Of a DNA stretch of 64,000 nucleotides, positions 39,845 to 49,779 are shown in pieces (the first letter of the stretch is position 1; each line of letters starts with the position of its first letter). The position numbers and the translations under genes were made by a program. Origin of the DNA: an uncultured Micavibrio sp. (GTDB lineage Bacteria; Pseudomonadota; Alphaproteobacteria; Micavibrionales; UBA2020); contig CAZHOE010000006.1 of NCBI GenBank assembly GCA_964534445.1, positions 1,795-65,794 of the forward strand. The letters run 5' to 3'. Below the pieces are notes generated by a model that had not been told where the DNA came from, searched no databases, and was given only the letters and a program-made list of their open reading frames with translations.

Positions 39845-40764
39845 GCGTCACCTACCAATCCGACAAAAATATCTTCCAGCGAGCTTTGGCGCGTGCTGAA
39901 ATCACGGTAACGAATGCCTTTTTCTTTCAAGACATCAAAAAAATCCGTCACGCCGTTTTCCGCGCGGGTGACATCATAGGTAAAGACAAGCGCCGTGCCG
40001 TCCTGTGCCAGATGCAAATTAAAATCCTTGAGCGCATCGGGGATCGCCGTCATCGGTTCCTGTAATTCCAGCACCAGTTCTTTTTTACCCATTTTTTTGA
40101 TGAGAGTGCTTTTCTCCTCCACCAAAATGATCTGGCCTTTATTGATCACGCCGATACGGTCAGCCATTTCCTCGGCTTCTTCCAGATAATGGGTGGTCAG
40201 GATAATGGTTACGCCCGTTTCACGCAGCTCGCGCACCTGCGCCCACATGGATTTGCGCAACTCCACATCCACGCCGGCCGTCGGCTCGTCCAAAAACAAA
40301 ATATCCGGCTCATGCGACAGCGCCTTGGCGATCATCACGCGGCGTTTCATCCCGCCCGACAGCATGCGGATTTGCGCATCTTTTTTATCCCAGAGGGACA
40401 GCTTTTTCAGCAGTGTTTCGATGTAAGCGTCATTGCGTTTTTTACCGAAAAGCCCGCGTGAAAAAGCCACCGTATTCCAGACGCTTTCAAAGGCATCGGT
40501 TGTCAATTCCTGCGGCACAAGGCCGATGTGGCTGCGCGCGGCGCGGTAATCTTTTATATTGTCGTGGCCAAAAACCTCGATCACGCCGCCGGTCGGGCGC
40601 ACAATGCCGCAGACCGCGCCGATCAGAGTCGTCTTGCCTGCCCCGTTGGGGCCGAGCAGTGCAAAAATTTCGCCCTTATTGACGGAAATACTCACATCGC
40701 TCAATGCATGAAATCCGTTATCATAGCGTTTTTGCAGGTTCTGCACAGAAATGGCCGCCGTCAT
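39841..40764 (-). CDS. ABC transporter ATP-binding protein (ABC-2 exporter partner)
   Basis: Walker [10 protein letters not shown], signature LSGGMKRR, Walker B ILFLDEPT. Confidence 0.9.
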   Translation of the reverse strand: MTAAISVQNLQKRYDNGFHALSDVSISVNKGEIFALLGPNGAGKTTLIGAVCGIVRPTGGVIEVFGHDNIKDYRAARSHIGLVPQELTTDAFESVWNTVAFSRGLFGKKRNDAYIETLLKKLSLWDKKDAQIRMLSGGMKRRVMIAKALSHEPDILFLDEPTAGVDVELRKSMWAQVRELRETGVTIILTTHYLEEAEEMADRIGVINKGQIILVEEKSTLIKKMGKKELVLELQEPMTAIPDALKDFNLHLAQDGTALVFTYDVTRAENGVTDFFDVLKEKGIRYRDFSTRQSSLEDIFVGLVGDA

Positions 40765-40835
40765 GGGGAGTCCTTATATAGAGTCACAAGATTGCACCGG
40801 TGATATAAGCCGCGGACGGGACGCATCCAGTCCCC

Positions 40836-41558
40836 TTATCCGTGATCGACGCAGGGAAAATGCGACGAGCAGGCGGAACATGTATAATCCACCAGTTTTT
40901 TCAGATCCGGGATATGAATGGTCGATCCCGTGATCTGGATTCCCGTATCGCCGCGCAAACGCGCCAGTGCACGGGAAAAGGTTTCCGGCTGCATACCGAG
41001 GCTGAAGGCGAGCGTATTTTTATCATACGGCAGGTGAAGCTGCACATCGTTTGCCTCGTCTTTACAAAACTTCAGCAAAAAACAGCCTATGCGCTGCGGC
41101 GCGGTTTGTACGGTGCGGTGTTCCAGCTCCATATCCCGCCGCATACGCTGACGGGTCATATGTTGCAGCATTTGCATACCAAAAACGCTGTTACGCATAA
41201 CTTCTTCCGCAATCATGAAACGCGGCAGGGCGATAACAACGGCATCCTCCACTACGGCCGCGCCGTAGGGTACGACTTCTGTACCGGACAATCCCACCTC
41301 GCCAAAGGTATGACCGGCGGACAGGATATCCGTGATCGCCTCATCGCCCGCCAGCGTTTCACGGAAAATCTTGATGTAGCCGGAAACCACAATAAAAAAC
41401 TTGTCATTCAGGCTATCCGGCTGGATCAGAACGGTCCCCTTCGGCTCCAGCTTGAACTGGGCATATCGCACAAACCCTTCCAGCACATCGCTTTTCAGCT
41501 GCGCGAAAAGGGTCATTTTCATAAGCAATGGTTTAATGTCTGGAGCAGCCTTCATCAT
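40836..41558 (-). CDS. Crp/Fnr-family transcriptional regulator with a C-terminal Cys cluster
   Basis: cNMP-binding-like fold, HTH with ETFSRALARL (E--SR), and C-terminus YTCSACSSHFPCVDHG. Confidence 0.85.
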   Translation of the reverse strand: MMKAAPDIKPLLMKMTLFAQLKSDVLEGFVRYAQFKLEPKGTVLIQPDSLNDKFFIVVSGYIKIFRETLAGDEAITDILSAGHTFGEVGLSGTEVVPYGAAVVEDAVVIALPRFMIAEEVMRNSVFGMQMLQHMTRQRMRRDMELEHRTVQTAPQRIGCFLLKFCKDEANDVQLHLPYDKNTLAFSLGMQPETFSRALARLRGDTGIQITGSTIHIPDLKKLVDYTCSACSSHFPCVDHG

Positions 41559-41621
41559 GAATTTTATTCCGTACTTTTCCCGTCATAATTCCAGTAAATC
41601 GCGCATAAAAGCAAGCGCCAT

Positions 41622-41635
41622 TTGACCTTTGTCAA
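41622..41635. promoter_or_regulatory. FNR/FixK-type operator TTGAC-CTTT-GTCAA between the divergent fnr-like gene and ompW
   Basis: Perfect 5+4+5 palindrome. It lies 64 nt from the fnr-like ATG and 62 nt from the ompW ATG. Confidence 0.75.
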
Positions 41636-41696
41636 GGATACCCCCCCATTGCCCTTGTTACGGTCACCGCAGGATTTCAATGCAAGGAGAATCAAC

Positions 41697-42314
41697 ATGA
41701 ACAACAAACAAATCCTTTGCGCTCTTTGTCTCGGCGGTAGTCTTTTGGCATCGGCGCCGGCAATGGCCGAATTTAACACACACGACTGGCAGGTACGCTT
41801 GCGCGCCATTTCCGTGACTCCCGATGAAAGCAGCACCACCAGCAACGGCGGCGACATCAAGGCCGACAGCGGCGTCATGCCTGAACTCGACATCACCTAT
41901 TTCTTTACCGAGAATCTGGCTGCCGAGCTGATTTTGGCAACGACCAAGCACGATATGAGCGAAGTTTCGCCGAACATTGATCTGGGCTCGGTCTGGGTTT
42001 TACCCCCGACGCTGAATTTGCAATACCACTTCAATAACAAAACGGCCTTCAAGCCCTATATCGGCGCCGGGATTAACTACACCATTTTCTACGGCGAAGA
42101 TTCAGGTGCAGCTGCCAATATCGACTACGATAACGGCTTCGGCTACTCCTTGCAGGCGGGTCTGGATTACAAGCTTGACGACCACTGGATGCTGAACGTG
42201 GATGTCAAAAAGATCTATCTGAACACGGATGTGAGCGTCAACAATGGTGCCGTCACTGCGGATGTGGATCTGGATCCATGGGTATTCGGTGTCGGTGTGG
42301 GTTATCGCTTCTGA
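41697..42314 (+). CDS. ompW: Outer membrane protein OmpW
   Basis: AAGGAGA upstream of the ATG. Signal ...LLASAPAMA, then WQVRLRAISVTPDESS...AAELILATTKH...PYIGAGINYT...WVFGVGVGYRF. Confidence 0.85.
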   Translation: MNNKQILCALCLGGSLLASAPAMAEFNTHDWQVRLRAISVTPDESSTTSNGGDIKADSGVMPELDITYFFTENLAAELILATTKHDMSEVSPNIDLGSVWVLPPTLNLQYHFNNKTAFKPYIGAGINYTIFYGEDSGAAANIDYDNGFGYSLQAGLDYKLDDHWMLNVDVKKIYLNTDVSVNNGAVTADVDLDPWVFGVGVGYRF

Positions 42315-42329
42315 CCTGCACATACCCTT

Positions 42330-42365
42330 AAAAAAAACCGCCCGTTCAACGGGCGGTTTTTTTTA
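42330..42365. terminator. Bidirectional intrinsic terminator between ompW and hemN
   Basis: A8, then ACCGCCCG-ttcaa-CGGGCGGT, then T8. Confidence 0.8.
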
Positions 42366-42383
42366 TACCGAGATTATAAAAAA

Positions 42384-43748
42384 TTATGCCACCTGCGCGT
42401 GGCGGTTTTGCTGACCGATGAAATAGGCGTCAAACCGCGCCGCCGCCACACGCACCAGCTGGCGCATCTCGGGGGCAACACGGATGGCGCGCTCCGTCAG
42501 CGTCACAACGCCATCTGTCTGCAAGTCTTCCATGCCGATGAGGATATCGTCCAGCTTATCCGCCGGAAATCCGTGTTGTTGCAACACGGCGCCGATATCA
42601 CAGGAAAGATAGCACATCAGCGCGCTGATAATATCAGCCCGCATTTGATCTTCTGCCGAAAGCAAACGGCCGCGCGCGACAGGCAGCCGTTTTTCCTGCA
42701 AGGCCTGCACATACTCGGTCATATTTGCCATGTTCTGGCTAAACCCCATCGGCAGACGGCTGATGGACGAAACGCCCAGCCCCAGCAGCGTGCCGGCGCT
42801 ATCGGTCGTATAACCTTGGAAATTTCTGGCTAGTGTACGGTTTTGCAGTGCGGTGTACATATCATCCTCCGCCCGCACAAAATGGTCGAGCCCGACGGGT
42901 AGCAACCCTGCCGCTGTCAGCACATCTTCCGCCACGGAAAATTGCGCGAGCCGCGCTGCCGCATCCGGCAGGTCTTCATCGCGGATCAGGCGCATGTGTT
43001 TTTTCATCCACGGCACATGGGCGTAGCCGAAAAGCGCGATACGGTCGGGCGCCAGTTGCATGGAAAGACGCGCGGTTTCTGCGGCATCCGCGGCGGTTTG
43101 CAACGGCAGGCCGTACATCAGATCAAAGTTAATGCGGTTGATGCCGAATTGACGGAACAGACCCACAGATTTTTCAACGGTGGCATAGCTCTGCACCCGG
43201 TTGATCGCTTTTTGTACCTGCGGCGCAAAATCCTGAATACCAAAACTGATGCGGTTGACGCCGCCCTGCTGATAGGCCTCGACCTTGTCATGCGATACGC
43301 CGCGCGGATCGGCCTCGATCGCCACTTCCGCATCGGGCAGGAAATCAAAAGCCGTGCGCAGAGCCGTCATAATCGCCAGAAAATCCTGTGGCAACAGCAT
43401 GCTGGGTGATCCGCCGCCGAAATGCACATGTGAAACCGTCAGTCTGGACGGCAAATGATCTTGCAAATAGCGGATTTCACGCAAGAGCCACGTAACATAG
43501 TTTTCAACCGGCGCGTATTTCTTGGTTGCCGTCGTATGGCAACCGCAATACCAGCACATTTCATGACAAAACGGTACGTGCAGATAAAGCGATACAGGTT
43601 GGTCCGCCGGCAGCGCATCCAGTTGAGGCTGTAAACCGGCCATGTCCATCGGTTGAAAATGTGGCGCAGTCGGATAACTGGTATAACGCGGCACTTGCGC
43701 GTTATATTTCAGGATCAGCTTTGTTTTATTTTCCTTCATTTTCATCAT
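42384..43748 (-). CDS. hemN: Oxygen-independent coproporphyrinogen III oxidase (radical SAM)
   Basis: PRYTSYPTAPHF and the CX3CX2C motif in YLHVPFCHEMCWYCGCH. Start taken at MMKMKENK, overlapping the ccoS 3' end. Confidence 0.85.
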   Translation of the reverse strand: MMKMKENKTKLILKYNAQVPRYTSYPTAPHFQPMDMAGLQPQLDALPADQPVSLYLHVPFCHEMCWYCGCHTTATKKYAPVENYVTWLLREIRYLQDHLPSRLTVSHVHFGGGSPSMLLPQDFLAIMTALRTAFDFLPDAEVAIEADPRGVSHDKVEAYQQGGVNRISFGIQDFAPQVQKAINRVQSYATVEKSVGLFRQFGINRINFDLMYGLPLQTAADAAETARLSMQLAPDRIALFGYAHVPWMKKHMRLIRDEDLPDAAARLAQFSVAEDVLTAAGLLPVGLDHFVRAEDDMYTALQNRTLARNFQGYTTDSAGTLLGLGVSSISRLPMGFSQNMANMTEYVQALQEKRLPVARGRLLSAEDQMRADIISALMCYLSCDIGAVLQQHGFPADKLDDILIGMEDLQTDGVVTLTERAIRVAPEMRQLVRVAAARFDAYFIGQQNRHAQVA

Positions 43749-43890
43749 CCTCCGCGTCTTCCTGAAAAATGCGGTTTGCCGCACCTTCCGGATCTTCAAA
43801 CTGCCCGGATTTAAGCGCCCACATGAAAATGCCCAGCCACAGGCCGCCCATCAGCAGCGCCAGCGGTATCATATAAATAAGAATATCCAT
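43726..43890 (-). CDS. ccoS: cbb3 oxidase maturation protein CcoS/FixS
   Basis: Not in the ORF track (54 aa). Manual translation gives MDILIYMIPLALLMGGLWLGIFMWALKSGQFEDPEGAANRIFQEDAEDDENEGK*. Confidence 0.85.
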   Translation of the reverse strand: MDILIYMIPLALLMGGLWLGIFMWALKSGQFEDPEGAANRIFQEDAEDDENEGK

Positions 43891-43899
43891 GACGCCCCC

Positions 43900-46056
43900 C
43901 TAGCGCTTTCGCAAACGCAGCGCGTTGATCGTGACCAGCAGCGAGGAGGACGACATCGCAATCGCCGCGATCAAAGGGGTCACCATCCCCATCATGGCCA
44001 GAGGCACCGCACAGAGGTTATAGAGCAGCGCCATGGAAAAATTCTGCCGTACAATATTCTGCGTCTTTTTGCCTGTCTCCAGCACATTGCGCACGGCGGC
44101 AATCCCCGGCTTTTGATACACGATATCCGCTGCGTTCTGGGCGATATCCAGCGCCGATGATGGCGACATGGAAACACTGGCGAAGCTGAGCGCCGCGGCA
44201 TCATTCAGACCGTCGCCGACCATCAATACATGATGCCCTTTTTTCATTTCCGCTTCGAGAATGTCGAATTTTTCCTTCGGGTTGACGGCCGCATAAAAAA
44301 TATCAATACCGAGCTTACCCGCTACATCCGCCGTCACGGCATAGCGGTCGCCCGACATCATCATCACGCGGTAGCGCTTTTTCATTTGCACAATTTCAAC
44401 AGCCGCATCGGGAAAGAGTGTATCCGTAAAGACAAGGCGCTTGGCTGCCGCCTCACCTTTGCGGAACCATAATTCGATTTTATAATCCTTACTCTCCGTT
44501 ATGACGCCGACAAATGCCGCAGACCCCAGCAGGCAGGTTTCACCTGCGTAAACCGCTTTCAACCCTTTGCCCGCGATTTCTTCGATGTCTATCCCCTCTG
44601 TCATCCTTTCGCCGGATTTTGCGATGGCCTGCGACAGCGGGTGGCGGCTTTGTGCCGCCATGGAAACCATGATGCAACGTTCATCCTCTGTAAAATCACC
44701 GGCATTGTCAAAAACAATAAGACCCGTCGTGAGCGTGCCGGTTTTGTCGAAAATAACAGTATCGATTTTGTCCAGCCGTTCCAGCGCATCGGCGGATTTC
44801 AGCAAAACGCCCGCTTCAAATAAACGGCTGCCGGCCACCACCTGCGCCACCGGCACGGCAAGCCCCAAAGCACAGGGGCAGGTAATAATCAAAACCGTCA
44901 CCGCAATCATCAGGGCCGGCTGCCAGGCAAGACCGCCCCAGAGTATCCAGTAAACAAAGGCGCCAAGCGCCAGAAGATGCACGACAGGGGTATACCAGCG
45001 CGAAATACGATCCGCGAGGCGCACATAATGGGCATTGCCCTGCTCCGCCTTTTGCATCAGCGCGACGATATCGCCGATCAGACTGTCGTGCTGCGCTTTT
45101 TCTGCGATCATGCGGAACGGCGCATCGAGGTTGATCATCCCCGCGAGCAGCTTGTCTCCCGCTTGCAGCGCTTGCGGCAAGGTTTCGCCCGTGATGATCG
45201 ACGTATCGACCAGTACATCGCAGGTGGCGATACCGTCCGCCAGAATTTTTTCGCCTTTGGCGACCAGTAGCGGCATGCCTGCGGTAATATCCTTGGCGGG
45301 CAGGCGGCGCGTATCCATCCCCTCCAGCACGGTCGCCGTGCCTTCCATCAGGCTCAGCAGATCCGCCGCCGCGTGACGCGTACGGGTGCGGGCGCGAGCG
45401 TCCAAATACCGCCCGACCAACAAAAGAAACAGCAGCATGGTCACGGAATCAAAATAGACATGCTCGCTGCCGCGCAGCGTTTCCAGCAGGCTCACGCCTG
45501 TTGTCAGCAACAGCGCAACGGAAATCGGTACATCCATGTTTGTATGTCCGCCGCGCAGGGCATTCCAGGCGGATATAAAAAACGGCCGTCCCGCGTAAAC
45601 CAGTGTCGGCAAGGCAATCAGTGCCGCAAACCAGTGCATCATATCGCGGGTGGCACCGCCCATGGCGGAGCGGCTGGAGAACCATAGTGCGAAGGAAAAG
45701 ACCATAATATTTCCCGCCGCAAACCCCGCCGCCGCCATACAGCGTAGAATTTCGCGCGCTTGTTTTGCGTCGGCCGCATCGGCATCCTGAATGGGCGAGA
45801 AACGAAAACCCAGCTTTGTTGCCGCCTGCAACATATCATTCGCGCGTTTTTTATCTCCCTGCCAGACCAGCGTGAGGCGGCGTTCTGTCACATTGACGCG
45901 CGCATTGACGTTTTCATTGTCGTTTAGCAGTTTTTCAATTTTAAAGGCACAGCCCGCACAATGCATCCCCTCCACCGCCAGACGCAGACAGTGTTCGTTC
46001 TCCATCGCTTGCGGATGGGCATAACCGGAATAATCGGTGGCTTTTTCTGCGCTCAT
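43900..46056 (-). CDS. ccoI: Copper-translocating P-type ATPase CcoI/FixI
   Basis: HMA motif GMHCAGCAFKIE, CPC in ITCPCALGLA, DKTGTLT, GDGLNDAAAL. Confidence 0.9.
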   Translation of the reverse strand: MSAEKATDYSGYAHPQAMENEHCLRLAVEGMHCAGCAFKIEKLLNDNENVNARVNVTERRLTLVWQGDKKRANDMLQAATKLGFRFSPIQDADAADAKQAREILRCMAAAGFAAGNIMVFSFALWFSSRSAMGGATRDMMHWFAALIALPTLVYAGRPFFISAWNALRGGHTNMDVPISVALLLTTGVSLLETLRGSEHVYFDSVTMLLFLLLVGRYLDARARTRTRHAAADLLSLMEGTATVLEGMDTRRLPAKDITAGMPLLVAKGEKILADGIATCDVLVDTSIITGETLPQALQAGDKLLAGMINLDAPFRMIAEKAQHDSLIGDIVALMQKAEQGNAHYVRLADRISRWYTPVVHLLALGAFVYWILWGGLAWQPALMIAVTVLIITCPCALGLAVPVAQVVAGSRLFEAGVLLKSADALERLDKIDTVIFDKTGTLTTGLIVFDNAGDFTEDERCIMVSMAAQSRHPLSQAIAKSGERMTEGIDIEEIAGKGLKAVYAGETCLLGSAAFVGVITESKDYKIELWFRKGEAAAKRLVFTDTLFPDAAVEIVQMKKRYRVMMMSGDRYAVTADVAGKLGIDIFYAAVNPKEKFDILEAEMKKGHHVLMVGDGLNDAAALSFASVSMSPSSALDIAQNAADIVYQKPGIAAVRNVLETGKKTQNIVRQNFSMALLYNLCAVPLAMMGMVTPLIAAIAMSSSSLLVTINALRLRKR

Positions 46057-46529
46057 TCAAATACCATCCTTTTGCTCGTCTGGTATTCGGCTTTGTCGGT
46101 TTTGACCAGTATGCGCGCTTCCCACAGGCCGCGCTGCGGCAGGTCGAGTTCGGCGGTATAGACACCGGCGGCTGTCGCCGCCATCGGCATACGCAAATCC
46201 AACGCCGCCTGTACGGGACGGAAAAGCCATAAGGAAACATCGGCGCCGGAAAGCGCCTGACCTTCCGCATCCGTCACCGTCAGCGTAACAGCATCTGCCG
46301 TATGGGTTACTTTCGCCTGCCAGCCCAGCGCATCCTGCGCCGCGGCCTTGGCAATGGTGGTATTATAGTCGATACCTTTTTCATAGGCATGTTCCGTCAC
46401 CAAGCCAGTGTAGGAGCCGAGCGCAAGTTGAATAAACCAGCCGAACAATACCGCCAGACCGACAAAAAACGCGACGAAGTAATAAGGGATCAACTTATCC
46501 GCAAATGTATCCTGACGTTCCTTGTGCAT
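46053..46529 (-). CDS. ccoH: CcoH/FixH assembly protein
   Basis: 158 aa, single TM, located between ccoG and ccoI. ATGA overlap with ccoI. Confidence 0.8.
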   Translation of the reverse strand: MHKERQDTFADKLIPYYFVAFFVGLAVLFGWFIQLALGSYTGLVTEHAYEKGIDYNTTIAKAAAQDALGWQAKVTHTADAVTLTVTDAEGQALSGADVSLWLFRPVQAALDLRMPMAATAAGVYTAELDLPQRGLWEARILVKTDKAEYQTSKRMVFE

Positions 46530-47956
46530 TACCGGCTTCCCTCGCTCATAAAGACCGTTTCATTCGCGGCAGAAAGTTTCGGATTTTCATTTTCAAGCTG
46601 CAGCGTAATATCGCGGCGTGCCTCTTTTGGCCTCTCTGCCGAAAGCATGATACGGAACGTCGCCACACTGTTTGCCAGCACACGCAGATTATCTGCCGTC
46701 AACTGCCCTGCGCCGATAACCGTAATCCCTTGTGTCTCCAAGCCGTCAACCTTCAGCGCGAAGTGCTGGTCTTCATGTGTTTTATTGACGATTTTGAGCG
46801 TATAGGTGTTACGGATGCTGCCATCGGAAAGCTTCACGAAAAGCGGATTGCGGTCATGGATCACGTTCAGCTCCACCGCCGCGCGCGTGAAAAAGGCATA
46901 AAGCATTAATGCCGAAATAAAGGCCATCACCGCCACATAATAATACGTGCGGGGACGCAGAATATACAGTTTGCTCTCGAACGTTTTCCCCATCGCCTTG
47001 GCAACGGTGCGCTGCTCATAGTTATGCTGCGTATCATAGCGGATCAAGCCGCGCGGCAGCTCCATGCGATCCATCACGTCATTGCAGGCATCAACGCAAA
47101 GACCACAGGCGATACATTCCATTTGCAGGCCGTTTCGAATATCGATCCCCATCGGACAAACAACAACGCATTGGGTGCAATCGATGCAATGCCCTTTGCC
47201 TTCCCAGCTATCGCCTTTTTTATGTTTGCCGCGCGGCTCCCCCCGCTCGCGGTCGTAACCGATGATCAGCGTATCCTTGTCAAACATCGCGGACTGGAAA
47301 CGTGCATAGGGGCATACGTAGGTACATACCTGCTCACGCGCAAAGCCTGCCATGAGGTAAGTAGAGCCCGTCAGCCCCAAAATCCAGCCGCCCACCATCC
47401 ACGACACCTTGCCGTGCATCAGGTTATCCAAAAGTGTCGGCGCATCGGTAAAATAAAAAACCCACGCCCCGCCGGTGCAGAGCGCGATCAAAATCCAGAT
47501 CATATGGGTCAGCAGCTTCTTCCAGATTTTTTCAAAAGAGAGTTTGCCTTTGTCCAGTTTCATCTGCGCGTTGCGGTCACCCTGTATCCAGCGCTCTACC
47601 GCGACAAACAAATCCGTCCAGACCGTTTGCGGGCAGGCATAGCCGCACCAGACCCGCCCCAGCAGACTGGTAACGAAAAAAAGCCCCAGCGCGGCCAGAA
47701 TCATAAGCCCTGCAAAGAAATAGACTTCCTGCGGCCACAGTTCGATATTGAAAAAATAGGCGCGGCGCGATCCCATGTCGATCAGCACCGCTTGATCGGG
47801 GACATGATCGCCCCGATCCCAGCGGATCCACGGTACAGCGTAATATATACCGAGCAGGACAATCATCGATAGCCATTTCAGGCTCCGGTATTTGCCTTCT
47901 ACCTTGCGGGGGTAGATTTTTTTCTGTTTTTCGAAAAGGACAATATCGTCACTCAT
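46529..47956 (-). CDS. ccoG: CcoG/FixG 4Fe-4S membrane protein
   Basis: CGYACPQTVW, CIDCTQCVVVCP, CIACGLCVDAC. Start taken at MSDDIVLF (the track start at 48025 would overlap ccoP by 77 nt). Confidence 0.85.
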   Translation of the reverse strand: MSDDIVLFEKQKKIYPRKVEGKYRSLKWLSMIVLLGIYYAVPWIRWDRGDHVPDQAVLIDMGSRRAYFFNIELWPQEVYFFAGLMILAALGLFFVTSLLGRVWCGYACPQTVWTDLFVAVERWIQGDRNAQMKLDKGKLSFEKIWKKLLTHMIWILIALCTGGAWVFYFTDAPTLLDNLMHGKVSWMVGGWILGLTGSTYLMAGFAREQVCTYVCPYARFQSAMFDKDTLIIGYDRERGEPRGKHKKGDSWEGKGHCIDCTQCVVVCPMGIDIRNGLQMECIACGLCVDACNDVMDRMELPRGLIRYDTQHNYEQRTVAKAMGKTFESKLYILRPRTYYYVAVMAFISALMLYAFFTRAAVELNVIHDRNPLFVKLSDGSIRNTYTLKIVNKTHEDQHFALKVDGLETQGITVIGAGQLTADNLRVLANSVATFRIMLSAERPKEARRDITLQLENENPKLSAANETVFMSEGSR

Positions 47957-48854
47957 CCGCTTCAGGCGCTTCTTCCTGCCCGCCCCCGAGTGTATGTACG
48001 TAAACGGCGAGCGCTTTGATCGCATCCGGCGACAGGCGGCCTTCCCATGCCGGCATCACACCGACATGCGCATTCGTCACCGTATTACGTATGGATGCGC
48101 GGTCACCGCCCCAAAGCCAGATTTCATCGTTCAGACGCGGGGCGCCCATTTCAATCATGCCCTCACCCTGCGCGCCGTGGCAGGCCGCGCAATTATCGGC
48201 GAAAACCTGCGCACCGCGCCGATACGCCGGCGTCATGGCGGCTTTATCCCCCAGATGCAGCTTTTCGACGTATTCGACAACATCGTCGACCTGCTTGCGA
48301 TCCAGCAAGCCGTCACGCCCGAAAGCCGGCATCAGCATGCTGCGCTGTTCGCCATGACCGGAGTTGATACCCACACGGAGGGTTTCATGGATCTGCGCCA
48401 GTGTGCCGCCCCAGATCCAGTCGTCATCGTTCAGGTTCGGATAGCCGTTACCGCCCGCCGCACCCGTGCCATGGCAGGCCGCGCAATTTTCCTTGAATGC
48501 GGCAGCCCCCTGTACACGGGCAAATTCATACAGCTCAGGATCGTTACGCACTTCATCCATACTAGCGGCACGGAATCGATCCTGATATTTGCTGCGCACG
48601 ACTTCAATCTGCTGCTGGCTCTGGGCGAGTTGTTTATGCTGCGTCCAGCCCATGCGGCCTTCTGTTGCGCCGGTCAAGGTCGGCCAAGCCGGATAGACCA
48701 CCCAGTAACCGATGGACCAGATCACGGAAATCAGGAATATCCACAGCCACCAGCGCGGCGCCGGGTTATTCAGCTCTTTCAGCCCGTCCCATTCATGACC
48801 GGTTGTTTCCACGCCACTGATCGGATCTTTTTCTTTCATTTTATCGTCGGCCAT
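47949..48854 (-). CDS. ccoP: cbb3-type cytochrome c oxidase subunit III (diheme)
   Basis: Two CAACHG heme-c sites. N-terminal TM helix. Confidence 0.9.
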   Translation of the reverse strand: MADDKMKEKDPISGVETTGHEWDGLKELNNPAPRWWLWIFLISVIWSIGYWVVYPAWPTLTGATEGRMGWTQHKQLAQSQQQIEVVRSKYQDRFRAASMDEVRNDPELYEFARVQGAAAFKENCAACHGTGAAGGNGYPNLNDDDWIWGGTLAQIHETLRVGINSGHGEQRSMLMPAFGRDGLLDRKQVDDVVEYVEKLHLGDKAAMTPAYRRGAQVFADNCAACHGAQGEGMIEMGAPRLNDEIWLWGGDRASIRNTVTNAHVGVMPAWEGRLSPDAIKALAVYVHTLGGGQEEAPEADE

Positions 48855-49015
48855 TATTCTTTCTCCCTGAAGGGAATATCACGATGTTTTTCCAACTTGG
48901 CGCGGTTTGCCGGACGGTAGACCCAGACAGCAATCCCCACAAACCCGATGAAAAACGATACCAGCATAATATAGCCGCTATAGGCCGCCACCCAGTCGAG
49001 AACGGTGTCGATCAT
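48854..49015 (-). CDS. ccoQ: cbb3-type cytochrome c oxidase subunit IV
   Basis: Not in the ORF track (53 aa). Manual translation gives [57 protein letters not shown] overlap with ccoO and TAATG overlap with ccoP. Confidence 0.8.
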   Translation of the reverse strand: MIDTVLDWVAAYSGYIMLVSFFIGFVGIAVWVYRPANRAKLEKHRDIPFREKE

Positions 49016-49779
49016 TCCGCACCGCCTTCTGACCCTGCCGGTATTGCGGCATCGCTGGACACATCCGGATTATAGGTTTTGAAATCGACCAGCGTGCCGA
49101 GCACTTGCAGATAGGCCACCAGCGCATCCATTTCCGTTACCTGATGCGGCTGGCCGTCAAAGTTACGCACGATGACTTTCTCGCCATAGCGTTCCAGCAA
49201 GCCCGCGGCATCGCCATCGGGGAAGTTTTGGGCGTACATATCCAATTCGGCGTTTTTGATCATCTCATCCGTATACGGCACACCAACAGTACGCAGCGCG
49301 GCCAAGTGTTTTTTCATCGATGCGCCGTTAACGCCGCGTTTGGCCAAAAAGCCGTAGGACGGCATGATTGATTCCGGCACCACGCTGCGCGGATCTTTCA
49401 AGTGTGCCACATGCCATTCGTCGGAATATTTGCTGCCAATACGCGCCAGATCCGGCCCCGTACGTTTGGATCCCCAGACAAAGGGATGGTCGTACATGCT
49501 TTCCGCCGCCAGGGAATAATGGCCGTAGCGCTCCACTTCGTCCCGCAGGGCGCGGATTTGCTGGCTGTGACAGGAATTGCAGTTCTCCCGGATATAGATG
49601 TTCTGGCCGGCCAGCTCCAGCGGGGTATAGGGGCGCATACCCTCTACCTTTTCAATCGTCGTATCCATCCGGAAAAGCGGAATAACTTCCACAAGGCCGC
49701 CAATCGACACCGCTACAACAATCAGAATAAGTAGCAGCATAGAGTTGCGTTCAATGGTTGCGTGTTTATGCAGGGGCAT
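49012..49779 (-). CDS. ccoO: cbb3-type cytochrome c oxidase subunit II (monoheme)
   Basis: [11 protein letters not shown]..., heme site CNSCHSQ, and [20 protein letters not shown]. Confidence 0.95.
   Translation of the reverse strand: MPLHKHATIERNSMLLLILIVVAVSIGGLVEVIPLFRMDTTIEKVEGMRPYTPLELAGQNIYIRENCNSCHSQQIRALRDEVERYGHYSLAAESMYDHPFVWGSKRTGPDLARIGSKYSDEWHVAHLKDPRSVVPESIMPSYGFLAKRGVNGASMKKHLAALRTVGVPYTDEMIKNAELDMYAQNFPDGDAAGLLERYGEKVIVRNFDGQPHQVTEMDALVAYLQVLGTLVDFKTYNPDVSSDAAIPAGSEGGAE

Noticed and set aside
37583-40764. tRNA-Gln-linked genomic island (P450 plus ABC-2 exporter)
   Set aside because: There is no integrase, no direct repeat of the tRNA 3' end and no obvious GC shift. It is kept only as a gene-context observation.
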